The notes: generated by a model not told the origin, from the letters alone. A DNA stretch of 64,000 nucleotides from a virus (IMGVR_UViG_3300013125_000006:1-64000), one strand, 5' to 3'. Positions 1 through 14,402 are shown, counted from the first letter of the stretch. A program made the numbers and translations.

Positions 1-903
1 ATTTCAGATCCATTTAAATATGCTATAGGATTAATATTTAATGATATACTAGATAATAGAAATAGATTTATAGTTCCTGGAGTTCCAGAAACATATATAG
101 ATTTTGAAATGGTTGATGGAGATAAATTCACTTACCAAAGACAATGTGGAAGATTTCAAAATATAGACTTTATAGAGTCTGATTTTACTGGATATGCTCT
201 TAGATATTATTATAAGTCAAAGGCATATCAAAAAAACTACCAAATCTATTTAGGAGGAGAATTAAAGGAAAAATTTTTAAATGGTATAAACTCTGGGATA
301 AAATATTATACTATAAAAGATACTAAATTAGAAGATTTTTTGCCAAAAATTTATGAAAAATTTTCTGAACTTTCACAATATGAAGTGAAAAAATTGATAT
401 TACATGGGTTTAGACGAATGCACAGCTCTTTAAAATATGGTTGTGCGGTATCACTCAACACAAAAAAATATTTTAACTGTGTGGCTCATATAGGTGCAAT
501 ATACCTTGAACCCTCAAAACAGTTGAAAGAGTATAGTATACGAAGAGACAAGAAACTAAGAAAGATTGAGGCTTGAAAAAGAACTCCTTTTGATGGATAT
601 TATTATATAGGATTAAATGAAAGTGCATTTGAACAATTTATTGAAGATAACAAAACTTCAAGAGTACTTTTATATTTTAGAAATATAATGGTTAGAAAAA
701 TTAAAGAAGAAATATATTATAAAGACAAACATTTATATATATTTAGGATTAAAGAAGAAAAATTTAGAGGCTGACTATATCTTTTAAAAGATGTAAAGCT
801 GAGAAATGTAGAATATATAGGAGAATCTATTGACCGTAAATTCTCGCCATCTAATATTACTTGAAAAGAATTAATAAAAAAATATGAAAAAGGAAAGTGT
901 TAA
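1..903 (+). CDS. Hypothetical late-region phage protein, 5' partial (TGA=Trp)
   Basis: Frame is open from position 1 through the 109..576 ORF. It reads through 3 TGAs to TAA at 901-903 and overlaps the next ATG at 884. Confidence 0.7.
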
Positions 904-3154
904 TACTTTTAACGAGGGAATAAATTTAGATTTAAACCCAATAACAACTCCAAGTAATGTATTAACTGATTGTATAAATGGAACATTTATAACTTTTAAT
1001 GGAGACGAATTAGCATTACAAACAGATGCTGGAAATACTACTGTAAATGTAGTAAAAAAGGTAATTCAAGGAGATACAATAGAAACTGTAAGATTGAGTG
1101 ATGGATTCTATCCTTTAGGAGTAGAGGAGTATGGAGGAGTATTATACATAATATCTGGAAAAGAACCTGATAAAAATGTATTAGAATTTAATGATGCTAA
1201 TATATATTCAAAAGGAGAAATAGTATACACAACTAGAAATGGTGTAGATTATTACTTTGAAAGTTTATCAGATAATAATTTAAATACATTACCATATCAA
1301 AGTACTAAAAATTGATTATTTATAGGAATAAGAAAAGATTTTATAAATAAGTATGGACAAGTTGAATTTGGAAGTTATCCAAGCCCAGAGATAATAGATT
1401 CAGAAAAATTTGATTCTTCTAAAGTATTTCAAATATACAACTATTCTGGGAAACTTCCTGAGAATTTTAAAACAGAGTTATATTCTCCATCAGTAATAAG
1501 TGACTCTATATTTCAGGCGGGAGTATATGTAACATTTTACCAGAATGAAAATGAGGATTTAGATACTGATAACATATCATATTATGCATTTGATAATATG
1601 TATGGATTTATTTTTCCAAAGAAAAATTTAGATACTTCTCAAAGAAAAATATATAAAGTAAAATTATATCAACAACTTACCAATGGATTCATAGATTTAA
1701 CAGAGGACGTGTGGCTTAAATATGCCAGATTTGTTCAATTAAATTACGATCAAGAATTAAATTCAGAATCTATAATAAGATTTTGGTTTAATGATTCTAA
1801 TTTTAAATATTATTGTCCACATAACTATAAAGGAAAACTATTAATGTCTATAGAATTAGAAGAGTTAGATGTATTTAGACTAAATCCAATAGTAATAGAA
1901 TCTGGAATTACTGATTATGTAGTAACTTTTCCAATAACATTAACTGAAAATTGCGACTGATTTAATGTGTTATCTCCAGTAGTAACTGTAGCTTATACAA
2001 TAGATGGAACAGAACCAAATACAGAGATACCAACTAACGGATCTAATTTTAGGGAATTGCATTTACCAATAGGAGGAGTATTTTTAGAACTTCCAATAGA
2101 TGAATATTCTGGAAAAATATTAAAATATAAAATAATACCAGAATTTACTAGTGGAGGTTCAACATTTTGGCCAGCTTCAATGTATTTTCCACAACAATTT
2201 ATTGATAAACATACAATAAATGGAAGTGTATTAGTAACTGGACAATATGGAGATTATGCTTTAAAAGTAGAATATGAAGAATGTTATCCAACAGGTTCAG
2301 GATATAAAATTATTACTGAATTATCTTTAACTGATATAGATGGAAATTATGTAGATAATACATTGAGTCCTTCAGTAGATGTATATAGTTTTATAGAAGA
2401 ATCGGCATCTCCATCCGGAGAATGAGTTGGAAAATATATAGTTGATTCTAATAATAGAGCAAAAATAACAGAGTATAATCCACTACTTCCATTGACAGCA
2501 CAAGAATATATTTCTTCATTAGTAGAAAATACAACAGTAAGATTCTACGATGGAAGTTGTTTAACAAATCCAACTGCATATATAACTATACAAGTAAATA
2601 GAGACTTTAATGTTGATATACCAGTAGTTGTTTATCAAGGCTCATCACAGATATATGGAACTAAAGTAGGAAATCTCACATATAGATTTGAAGTATTAAC
2701 AGGAATAAACTTCTCAGTACTTGCTAAAGAAGGAATAGGAGCTTATGATACTCTTTCTTACATAGATAATATATCTTCTGATAAAACTATAAAATTTGGA
2801 TTAATAACTGTATTCTATATAAAATCCTATCATACTGGACTACAATACACAGATTATATACATACAAATGTTAGTTCAGAAGTATTTGGGGCTAGAATAT
2901 TAAGAAGTAGATTTACTATTGATCATTCATCTGGTTCTTCATATTCAGCAGAAACACTACTTCCAGTAGATATAGAATCAGGAGATAGTTCACTACTATG
3001 TGAATATACTTACAATGAAACATCTTTCCCAAGATATGATTTAATATTTAATAATATAGCAACAAATGACTATGATAATCTTGTTGGAGTTAATATTTCA
3101 ATAGAGGGAGATAATCACATCTTTTATACAGAAAATTTAAATATAGGAAATTAA
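884..3154 (+). CDS. Tail stabilization/muzzle-like protein, N-terminal-type part, 756 aa (TGA=Trp)
   Basis: ORFs 884, 1598, 1967 and 2492 share a frame and are separated only by TGA. The N-terminus NTFNEGINLDLNPITTPSNVLTDCINGT and the motif EFGSYPSP resemble crAss-like tail stabilization (P22 gp10-like) proteins. Confidence 0.65.
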
Positions 3155-3155
3155 T

Positions 3156-6100
3156 ATGCCATTACCAACAATAGGGCTTTATATAAATAATGGTATGTTC
3201 GGACTCCCAAAAAAAGGGAGTCTGAAATATCAATATAGTCCTTTTATAAATTTGCAAAACCCACTTCCGGATGCAGATAATCCACTTATTGGACTTACTA
3301 TAAATAGTGAGCTTGCTAATATAAATATAACGGAGCCTGTAGATTTGAAGGCGGAAGTCTCATATGATGATTCAGTAAATTTGACAGTAATTGATAGAAA
3401 TAATTCCTTGAAAATAGTAAACTCAAGATTTTATCAAACTTCATCTACTACATATGAAATAGCGGATAGAAAAGGAAATTTAGATACAAATATATATTCT
3501 GAGGAAAATTTTAAAATAGAGGCAGGACTAATAAAATCAGTTAGAACAATTTCTACTTTAGATTTTCTTGGATTAAAAGATGGTGGACGTCTTCCTGTTG
3601 GAAGTTATACTTTTTACTTTAAGGTTGCTGATGCTGATGGAAATGAATCTGATTTTATAGCGGAATCCGGGAAAGTAGTTTGTCATATAGGAGCAGTAAA
3701 TCACCCTCAATCAATTAGGGGAGGACTTATGGATGAGGTAAGTAATAAATTAATTAAATTTAAATTAAATAATTTAGACTTAGCCTATGATTATATAAAT
3801 ATATACTATACTAGAACTTCAGGATCCTCAGAAGAAGAAATAACAAAAGCATACAGAATAAAAGATAAATATAAAATAACTAATAACAATGTAGATTTAT
3901 CTATAACTGGATATGAAGAACACATAGAAATAGATATATCAGAAATAAATACTAGTTATACAAACTTTGACTCTGTACAAACTTTAGAAAATTGCCAAAA
4001 CATTTCATTTGCAGGAAACATTACAAATAATTATGATCTATTTAAAACATTGGAAAAGTATAGTCTATTTGTAATTCCAGAGTTAGCATATGATGAAGTT
4101 GGAATTGGTAATTTAGATCATTTATATAATGAATCTGATATATCTAATGGATACGAATATTATAATACAAAAAATATTTATTATAAACTTGGAAATTGGG
4201 ATGATGAAATATATAGATATGGAATTGTTTATATATTAAATAATTATACACTATCACCAGTATTTAATATAAGAGGAAGAAAGATAGTAGGACTAACAAA
4301 TGATTACACTCATTATAATTTATATGATGATATCAATTATTCAGAAGATTATATATTGGAAGGAACAAAAGATAAAAATAATCCAGAAAATATTAAAGGA
4401 GTATTTAAAATATCTGCGGAAGAAAAAAATACTTTTAATAACCTTGATTCTATAAAACCATTAGGAATAAAATTTAAATTTGTAAATAGTATTGTAGATG
4501 GAGATGGATTGTTTATAAAAGGATTAAAAGATCTTACAAAAGGATTCTTTATAGTAAGACAAAAAAGAATCCCAACTATTTTAGCTCAATCTATTGGAAT
4601 TGCCACAAGTGAAAAAGCAAAAATACCAGTAATTAAAGCTGTTTCTAGGACAGAAAAAATTGGATATGAATATTTAACGCAGGGATTTTTAAATAAACGA
4701 AGTGGGGAAGATTTACCAATACTTTCACCAAAATTATTTAAAGTAGACTCAGTTATAAAAAATGCTCTATTGTGTCCAGAAGCAAATCTAAGAAGAAATA
4801 TATTCAATACTTTTTTTAACTCTTCTCAATATATATTAAAAGAATTCAACTACAGTCCTTCAAATCAAACATTTCTAGAATATGAAGGTTCTGCGCCTAA
4901 TAGTTTTACATTAAAAGGATTGAAGGAAAATGCTAACGATGTTTCGTTTAGTGCAGAATTAACATTAGTAGAGCCAGAAATTGATTTAATAAGAAATTCT
5001 CAGTATGAATTTTCTTCAAAGGCTGGGGATAAAAACATAGCATATAAACATTTAGACCCAAATCTAGGAAGTTATGAAGATGTAGAAAATGAACAAACTG
5101 ATTGAAATACTACTACATCAAAAGTAAGAGGAGTTTATAATACCTTTGTAGGAACAAGTATAGCAAGCCTATCCCACGGAAAATATTATAATATTTTAGA
5201 GAAGGATTATAATTTTGAAGAAAGATGGCAAGATTACTTCAGGGTAAGATATAATGATGCTAATTCATTTTATCCTGTAGGAGATAGAACTTCTTGAGAT
5301 AATATGGGGAATTATTACATAGAAGAATTTGGGTATAATGAATATATTACAGGAACTTTATTTAGAGGAGATTGTTATATAAACACAATAACCCATAGAA
5401 TTAACTGAAATTTTATAGATCCAGAAATGACTACAAATAAAAAGATTGTAGATCCGTATACTTGGGCAAAGAATTTTAGAATTAAAAGAAAAGCTTCTAA
5501 AACTATTGAGGAAAGCTTAGGATCAGTTGTGGTTACCAATACTTTATCCTATAATAAATTATTAGATTTATTTACATATAAAGATATTTATGAACCAGAA
5601 TTTAGTGTTGGTGAGTCAGATCCTGGAACAAGTCATGAAATAGCATCAGGACTATTAGAACCAGATGATAAAAAGTTTAAAAAATATTCAGTAATAAATG
5701 GATTATTTGGAGCAGAGAAAATAAATAGACCTGATGTAAATGCAGTGCCACTTGGACAATGGGTAACTTTTAAAATTTGTAGTAATGTAAATTTAGCATT
5801 AAGAGATTTAGATTTTTCAAATCCACAAGAAGAGGCAATCCATAGAATGAAAAGAGGATTCTATCCACTACAAAATATGGATCCAAACAATTCTTTACCA
5901 GAATCAAGTGTAATAAATAGTGGAATAAGTAAAACTATTGGAGAAAAGAATTATTATGAAATTCCAGATGTTCCATTTATAAAAACAAATTTTTCAACAA
6001 GGATTTATTACTCAAATACTTTGCAATCATCTGCTTTCACAAATGGAAATAGGATTTTTAAATCAGTTAATTTTAAAGACTATAGTAAAGAATATGGTTC

Positions 6101-7436
6101 AATAATAAAACTAGTTGAATGATTCAATTCTTTAATAGTTGTTCTTGAACACGGAGTATTTATAATACCAGTAAATGAAAGAGCAGCTATGGCAAATGCT
6201 TCTGGCCAGACTGTTTATATTAATACAAACAATGTACTACCAGAAAATCCAATAGTTTTATCACATACTTATGGTTCTTTATGGGAGGATTCTGTAATTA
6301 AAACAACTAGATATGTTTATGGAATTGATACAGTAGGAAAAAAGATTTGGAGAACAAACGGAAAAACATTTGAAATTTTGTCTGATCTAAAAATTCAAAA
6401 ATTCTTAAATGATAATATAAAATTAAGAGAAAGTGATACTGATAAAACTGTAAACATTAATTTTGTAAAATCACATTATAACGCATTCAAACAAGATGTT
6501 ATGTTTATTTTTAAATATAATGATGTAAAATGAAATTTATGCTGAAATGAACTTACAAATAAATGGGTAACACAATATACATGATTTCCTGAATTTTCAG
6601 AAAATATTAATAATATTTTTTATACCTTTGCAAATCGAGATAGTCATAAATTAGCAGACAATAAATTATATAAACATGGTTTTGCAGGACTGGAAGAAGA
6701 ACAAGGAGATATTAAACCTGCGTTTTGATACGATACTCAATATCCATTTGAATATGAATTTATAGTTGGAACTGTTCCAGGAGTTCAAAAAATATTTGAT
6801 ACTTTAAAAATAATATCAAACTTTGCAGAACCTGATTCTTTCTACTATGAAGTTGTAGGAGAAGGATTTGATTGGATGATGTATAAAGATTTAATATTGA
6901 AATTAAATGATACTACATTATATAGTATTGAAGATATAACTATGTCTGGAATCCCAACTGAAAAGAATGAAACAAATGTTATGCTAAGATATGCCAGATA
7001 TTTGGATAATACAACAACCGTAAAAAAATTACCTTATATTTATATACAATCATTTAATGTTGATGATGCGGATTCTTTTTATAGAGACAGGGGTACAATA
7101 GTTCCTCCAGTAAATATGTCTGTTTTAAGAGATGTTTCTATAAGAGAATATAATAAAACAAAAGAAAAACTGGTAAATAGCTATCAAAAAGGTGCTAATA
7201 TAAAATCCTTTGGAAGAATGAGGGGAAATATGCAATATTTAGAAGATGCATGGACTATACAAATTCAACCGATAATTTTTAAATATGCTTATATGGTAAA
7301 TAATACATTAACATTTTCAAATAATGTAGAAATGAAGATAAGGGACAAATATTTAAAAGTTAGAGTAAAATATGATGGCACTCAATATGCTATAATAAAT
7401 GCAATAAAAACATTATTTACAATAAGTTATGCATAA
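3156..7436 (+). CDS. Tail stabilization/muzzle protein (P22 gp10-like), 1426 aa (TGA=Trp)
   Basis: ORFs 3156, 5427, 6189 and 6876 are joined through 8 TGAs. Motifs are FRGDCYI, KWNLCWNELTNKWVTQYTWFP (three of these W are TGA) and the C-terminal IRDKYLKVRVKY, typical of crAss-like muzzle proteins. Confidence 0.75.
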
Positions 7437-8685
7437 AATAAGTAAATATCAAAATCCGTGAGGAACATTGAGTCCAGAAGGATATTTAAATGGATTTATT
7501 CCAAATTCAGATGTTTTAAAAAGTCTTTTTCCAATTAATATTACTGAGAATTCTTTAAATACTCCACAGCAAGACTTAAATACCTTTTTTAACTTTAGTC
7601 AAAAATTGGCTGCATCTAATTTTAAGCCTATAGATTATCAATTCGGAAAAAACACTAAAGAAAAACTTGGAGAAAAATCACTGGTTCCTGACTTAACAAA
7701 AAGGTCAGGAACTGGTACTTATCCAGGATTAGAACCAGGAAATACATTACAATCTTTTTTGGGAAAAGAAGGAGTATTGAATGTTCTTGGGAATGCTCCG
7801 GAAGTAATAGATGCAGGACTCAATTTAGCAGGAGCAAAACAAGCTACTATAAAAGGTTTGGGAGATGATCTTTTTTCAAAAGGAACAACTGCTTTATGGA
7901 AAGGAGCATTACAAACTGGAAATCCATATGCAATAGCAGCAGCTGGAGTATTAAAAGGAGTAGATTATTTAAATAGATATGCAGGAAAAAATACTAAAAA
8001 ACAAGGAACTGATCAAACATTAAACACTGGAGGATATAATTTTCAACTAAGTGAAAATGCAGGACAAAAAACTACTCTATCAAAAAGAAAGTGAGCAAAG
8101 AATATAAATAGTACAACAAATAGAGTTGATACACAAAATTTATTAGCGGCTAATGCTGCATATAAAGATTTAACAAATCAAATATCTGCATCTAATACTT
8201 ATGGAGATATTGTTACAAAAAATCAAAAAAATCTACTTGGAGGAAATAGTTTAAATTTACTCTCATCAAAAAAAGGTGGTAACATACCATATGCTAAAAA
8301 TGGAACCAAAATTAATAAAGTAAGATTAGGTATCATTAAAGATAAAGTAAGAAGAAATATTGAAAAAATGAATGTTATACCAGAAGGAGCTTTACATGCT
8401 AGAAAAAATAATTATGATGGGGATCTTGGAGAACAAGTAACTAATAAAGGTATTCCAGTAATAACATACGAAAAGGATGGAAAGATACTTCAACACGCAG
8501 AGATAGAAAACTCTGAAATAATATTTCATAAAGAAGCTACAAACAAATTTGAGGAACTTTTTGATAAATATAAGAATTCTGACTCAGAGGAAGGTAAGAA
8601 AAAATTAGCATTAGAATGTGGAAAATTACTTGCAGAAGAAATTATTGAAAATACTAAAGATAATGTTGGACTATTAAATGATTAA
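7429..8685 (+). CDS. Virion cargo/structural protein, 418 aa (TGA=Trp)
   Basis: ATG at 7429 is in frame with ORFs 7468 and 8368 through 2 TGAs. Gly/Ala-rich middle; NVIPEGALHARKN and AEIENSE motifs are seen in crAss-like virion proteins. Confidence 0.65.
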
Positions 8686-8687
8686 CA

Positions 8688-9230
8688 ATGAAGTACGATA
8701 TTAAAAAAGCGAAATCTGGGATTCATATAAAGCCAGAAAATAAAGGAAAATTCACAGAAACTAAGAAAAGGACTGGAAAATCTACAGAAGAATTGACCCA
8801 TTCAAAGAACCCTTTAACAAGAAAGAGAGCAATTTTTGCACAAAATGCTAAAAAATGAAAACATCAGCAAGGTGGAAAATTAGAGGAACAAAAAAAGCTT
8901 AAAATAGAGTATGATAATTTGAAGAAATTTTATTTAGAAGCTAGAGAAGCAATAGGTAAAAATGATACAGAAAAGTTAAAAACTTTAGGTAATTTTGCTA
9001 AACCATATTCTTCTAATGATTTAACTAGGGATTATAATACTTTACAAAGTATAAGAAAAAAATTGGATTTTAGTCCAATTGAAAATTTTTTAGAAGAATT
9101 CAGCTTAACAATTCCACATGCTGGACAGCAGATAAGAGGAACAGTAAACGAAATTACTGGACTACATCTAAAAGAAGGCGGCAAAATAAATTATGATATT
9201 TCTAAAATTTTAGACCTGTGGAAAAAATAA
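8688..9230 (+). CDS. crAss-like virion protein with IHIKPENKGKFT...RKRAIFAQNAKKWKH motif, 180 aa (TGA=Trp)
   Basis: ATG at 8688 is in frame with the 8919 ORF. The TGA at 8856-8858 falls on the Trp of the recurrent NA(R/K)KWKH motif. Confidence 0.75.
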
Positions 9231-9796
9231 ATATAAGTATAAAAGATAAAATTTATACTGTAGAGGTAGCAAGTACTCAGGAAGAAAAAGAAGTAGGTTT
9301 ACAAAATAGAGATTCTCTCAAACCTAATGAAGGAATGTTATTTATATTTGAGAGTGAGCAGCCTGTTTCATTTTGAATGAAGGATACTAAAATTCCACTT
9401 GATATAATTTTTTTAGACGAAGATTTAGAAGTAATATTAATAAAAGAAGGAGTTCCTACTTCAGAAGAGCCATTATCAGAAATTGCTAATTATGTATTAG
9501 AATTAAACAAAGATTCTGGCGTAGAGATAGGAGACAGTGTAATTATAAAATATGATAAAAATACAAAAACAGATAGTAAGATGCTAGTACTAGATTCAAA
9601 TGGAGAAGTTCAAATGAAGTTAGAAGGTGGAGAAAGAATATTTTCAAGAAAACACACAAAGACATTAATACAATTTGCAAAAAAAGCATCTATTACAAAT
9701 AAGGATAATGATTATGTAGCATTAGGAAAAAGAATGTTTAAATTTTTAGAGGCTCAGCAAAATGCTGAACCTGAGTATGTTAAATCCAAAAATTAA
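9218..9796 (+). CDS. DUF192 family protein with C-terminal extension, 192 aa (TGA=Trp)
   Basis: GTG start at 9218. The sequence EVA...GLQNR...GMLFIF...FWMKDTKIPLDIIFLD matches the DUF192 signature, and its W is the TGA at 9374-9376. Confidence 0.85.
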
Positions 9797-9807
9797 ATTA
9801 AGTAAAA

Positions 9808-10062
9808 ATGAAAGTTTTAAAATTTCAAGAAGGTGGAGCAGCACCAGCAGCACCAGCAGCTCCTGCACAACAGGGTGGTCCAGAAGAACAGATAGTACAA
9901 ATGGCTCAGCAGATTATACAGCAATTAGGACCAGAAGCAGCAGCTATGCTTGCACAAGTGTTGGTTCAAATGCTACAAGAAATGTCTGGACAACAGGGAC
10001 AACAGGGACAACCAGTTTATGCTAGAAAAGGAACTAAATTGGTTCTATTGGGCAGGAAATAG
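9808..10062 (+). CDS. Small Ala/Gln-rich virion-associated protein, 84 aa
   Basis: Clean ORF beginning MKVLKFQEGG, with short 9-bp tandem repeats (gcagcacca, ggacaacag), followed by a terminator. Confidence 0.75.
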   Translation: MKVLKFQEGGAAPAAPAAPAQQGGPEEQIVQMAQQIIQQLGPEAAAMLAQVLVQMLQEMSGQQGQQGQPVYARKGTKLVLLGRK

Positions 10063-10070
10063 CCTACCTT

Positions 10071-10110
10071 TAAAGGGAAGCAGGTAAGTTCTGTCTTCCC
10101 TTTATTTTTA
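10071..10110 (+). terminator. Rho-independent terminator
   Basis: Stem TAAAGGGAAG-CAG / CTG-T-CTTCCCTTTA followed by a T-rich tract, directly after the 9808 gene. Confidence 0.7.
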
Positions 10111-10142
10111 TTAATCTTACATAAACAAAATAAAATTATAAT

Positions 10143-13100
10143 ATGTCACTAATCAGAAAACTACAAGACGGTAATAAAATATTACCTGATTTAGATACAA
10201 TCTTAAATGAAGAGCTTGGAAAATTTGCATTAAAAAGCAAAGACGAAAGAAAAGTAAGGGATGCATTAGCAGAATTAAGAACTTACGATTCTGAAAACAA
10301 TGGAGCATTTAGGGCTGATCAGGTATCTAGAAGATACACAGTAACAGGTACTGGTGGTGAAAAATTTGAAGGAAGTCCAGACGATATTCACACAAATTGA
10401 TTTACTGGGAATCTAAAAATAAAAAATGATCAAGATGCAATGTCTGTAGCAGCTGCTATTTATAATAATGCATTAAAAAGGTCTGAACAAACAGTACCAA
10501 CTCAACAAAATATGACTAAATCTAAAGTTAGTCTAAGAAATTTAAGAGATTATATAGTAGACGCATATGGAACTGAAGATATATTCCAAAAAGAATTCAA
10601 TGATAAAATAAAAAATAATGATGAGAGAAAGCGTAAAGTATTAGACTATACTAAACGATATTTAGAAGAATATGGTGGAAATGCTGAAAAGAATAAAGAT
10701 CTTGCAGAATATGAATACTCTGATGATGTAAAAAATATATTAGAAAATTTCCCTAATCTTAGTTGGGATCAATTAAATGAAAGAGTACATAAATTTAAAT
10801 GGAATTTAAATGATTTCTTAATGGGAGATAGTGAAATATCTTCTATAAATGAAGAACAGAAAAAAGCAAATGTTGAAAGAGAGAAAGCTAATGAACTAAA
10901 TACATGGACAAGTAGGGGAATTTCTGCAGAAATTGCTCAGAATTTATTTGGATTAGGATATAATAAATTATTAGATCAAGTATCTTTCCCTGATTTTACA
11001 GAGGAACAAAATAAAGCAATTAATGAATATATAAAAAAGAAAAATGGTCTAATAACTACTAATGCTCAAGATAAATATTTTGTATTTGATAGATATGGAA
11101 ATCCAATAAATGCCACAGGGGAAGACTTTAATCAATTTCATCCTTTATATGGAAAAGCATGAAATAATACATTAGAGAATGGAATGACTTTTCTACAGGG
11201 TAAATATCAAGCAATTGATTATGGTGATGTTGGTAAAGGACTAAATATTCCATCATATCCAGGTTGGATAACTACAGGATGGACTAAAAATTCACCAGAA
11301 GAAGAAAGGGCAGTAGATTTTTTAGGGAATCCAGATTATACTAAATATATAACTTTAAAAAGACCAGGTTTTTCTACTATAAAATTAAGTAAAACTCCTC
11401 AGGGAAACTATATGGATTCTGAGGGTAAATTATATCCAGATATAAAAATAACTGGATTTAAGGAAATGGAATCTAATGGAAAAGTAATAAATCCCTTTGA
11501 TTTTAATGTTAAATATTGGGAAGTACCATCAGAATTTAAATCTATAATTCCAGATAAAAAATCTCTATATAATCCTGCAGAACATGAAGACGAAATAATA
11601 AATTTAATAACAAATAATGAATCTGCAGAGATAAAAGAATGGCAAAAAGATTCAATAAAAGAATTTATTGCAGCTTTAAAACATCAAGCAGCAACTGGAT
11701 CAGAAAAAGAAAAAGTTGAGGCTCTTAGAAAACTTTCTGGATTAAATGAATTAATAAAGAAATATACAGATATAAAATTTAAAAAAGGTGGAATTTTAAA
11801 AGCTCAATCTGGAGTAAAATTAGAAAATTTTGCAAAACCATTAGATGCACCAACTAAAATCAATGTAAATAAAGAAGTTCCAAAGGTAAAAGATATTTCA
11901 TCATTAGTAAGAGGGGCCTCAACTGAAACATTAGCAGAATTAGGATTAAATGCTGGAGCATTACTTCCTGGATTTATTGGGGCAGGAAGTGCTCTTGCAG
12001 CAACTGTATTAGAAACAATAAATGATGCAAATGATGATGATGGATGGACTTGAAAAGATACAGGAAATCTGGCATTAAATTTAGGATTAGTAGGAGCATC
12101 ATTTGTAGGTTTAGGAGGATTGAGAGGAGTAGTAAAAGGTGCTAAAATAGGTACTGAAGTTGCAAAAGGACTTAAGGAAGCTTCAACTATTGCAGACTTA
12201 ACAAAAATATCAAAATATGCAAAAGGAGAAAAGGAAATATTAGGAGCTTTAGAGGTAGTTGGAAAATTTTCAAAAGAAAATTATGGTATTTCTAGCTTAA
12301 AAGAAATAAAGACTTTGGCCTCTTCAAAAGAACAAAAAGAAGTAATAGAAGCACTTGGAACCTTAGAGGGATTTACCAAAGCTGTTGCAGGAGCGCCAAA
12401 ATTAGCCCCAACTATTGCAGGAGAAAAGCTACTAAAAGGAGCAGATTGAACATCTAGAAATCTGGCTTATGGAATGGCAGCAATGAATATTCCAAATGCA
12501 GTTCAGGCATCTAATAAAATTATACATGGAGATTTTAAAGATTTAAGTGTTGATGATATTAGTTCTTTAACAGCTGTAGCATTTGGAGCAAAAGTAGCTA
12601 CTCATAGAAGTAAGATAAAAATTGGTAGAAAATATGGAGTTGTTCAAGAAAATGGAAAAGTAAAGTCTATTTCAGCAGAAATAAATGGAAAAACAATAGA
12701 AATAACAGATCCGGAAATTATAAAAGAATTTAAATCTTTTAATATCAGACCTTCATCAAAAAAAGAATCATCAAATAAAATTAAATCTGCATTTGTTAAT
12801 GAGTATAACAAAACAGCAGGTGAAGATGGAAAACTTAAAGTTGAGGATTTAAAAGAATTTTCTCCAGAATTAAATAAAGAAATATTAGGAACAGATGTAT
12901 TAAGAGACAAGTTTGACCTGAGTAAAAATCTAATGTTGCAAGAAAAAGGTATGAAATGGGCTAAAAAATATAAATTAGCTGGAGAAAAACCTAAAGCAAC
13001 TATAGCAAAAGAAAATGAAGCGCCTACTCAAAAAACTGTTGAAAATGTAGATACTGAACAAATTCTAAAACCAGGAGAAGCACCACAAAATCCTATTTCT

Positions 13101-14402
13101 ACTATAAATCTAGGACAGAAGGGTAAGTATTTAATTGCATCTAAAGAAAATGAAGTTGCAAAATGGGAAAAATCATATAAAGATCAAGTAGATAAATTAA
13201 TGAAAACCATAGAAAATACAAAACCAAAGTCAAATAAAGTAAAGGACTCTAAAGCAGCAAATAAAACTGTAGAAGAATTGTGGGGTAAAATATTAAAATT
13301 AGAACAGGAGAGAATTAATAGAATGGCCCAATTTAAAAAACTTAAATTTGGGGGAATTTTTAAATTCCAAGCAGGAAGTAGTTTTAATATACTAGGTGAA
13401 AAATCTATAAAGGATCTTATAAAAGAATTGCCAAAAGGATTAGATAGAACCGGTTTGGCAAATCTTACAATGTATGCTAATACTATAAATACAAATAGAT
13501 ATATTGGAGATCAACAAAGAAAAGCAACTGCAAATTCGATTTATAAAATACCATATTTAGAAAAAGTAAATATGAGAATTGGTAGTGAGCCTTTAATAGA
13601 GGCTAATTCCCAAGCAAATAAAATGAGGTCTCAAGGAGCTAGAATTGCTACTACAACTTCTGATATTGATAAGGGAAATGCTGTTAGATTAGAAGCTGAA
13701 AATAAAGCTTCTGATATAATGACTAAAGGAAATTTAATAAACACTGATAGAATTGATAAATTAAGAAATTATCAAATTGATAACAACCAGAAAGTAGATC
13801 AAACAAATTTATCTATAGCAGGTAAAAACAGAGGAATTGTTGCAGAAGCTATGAAGAATATCAATTTAATAAACTCTAATCAAGCCCTAGCACAAAATGC
13901 AGCATTTACTAATTTAGTGAGAGGAATTGATAAAAATGCATCTGTAAGAGATTATAAAACTGCATTGGAGGAATATACTAACTTATCAAATAGTGATGTA
14001 TTAAAAGCAAAGATTAAAGAGTATGAAAATTTAAGTGGTCAAAAAGGTTTAGAAGAAGTTCAAGCTAAGTATGATAATTTGAAAAATACTTTAGGTAAAG
14101 ACTTTACTACTCCTTTAGAAGAATCTACTCCATATCTAGAAAGAAAGAAAAAGCTTGAAGACTTACAAAAAGAACTTGAAATACTTTACGAGCCTATAAA
14201 AAAAGCTCAGATAAATTTACAAGGAAAACAAGCTTTATTATATATGAAGAAAGGCGGAGGCCTTACAAAAGAAGATAAAATTGAATTAGAAAATATAAAG
14301 TTCAATCACAAAAAAGCTTTGGATGAACTAAGATCTTTCTATAAAACAATTTTACAAAATAATGAGTTAATGCAAAAAGCTTTAATAAAAGTATTTAAGT
14401 AA
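10143..14402 (+). CDS. Large ejected cargo protein with predicted transmembrane hairpin, 1419 aa (TGA=Trp)
   Basis: Five same-frame ORFs joined through 4 TGAs. Hydrophobic Gly/Ala segments LGLNAGALLPGFIGAGSALAATVL and LALNLGLVGASFVGLGGL; helical C-terminus. The position after the muzzle gene matches crAss cargo proteins. Confidence 0.7.

Noticed and set aside
9762-10025. Alternative-frame Ser/Thr-rich ORF
   Set aside because: It is a frame shadow of the better 9808 ORF, which carries the shared cargo motif.
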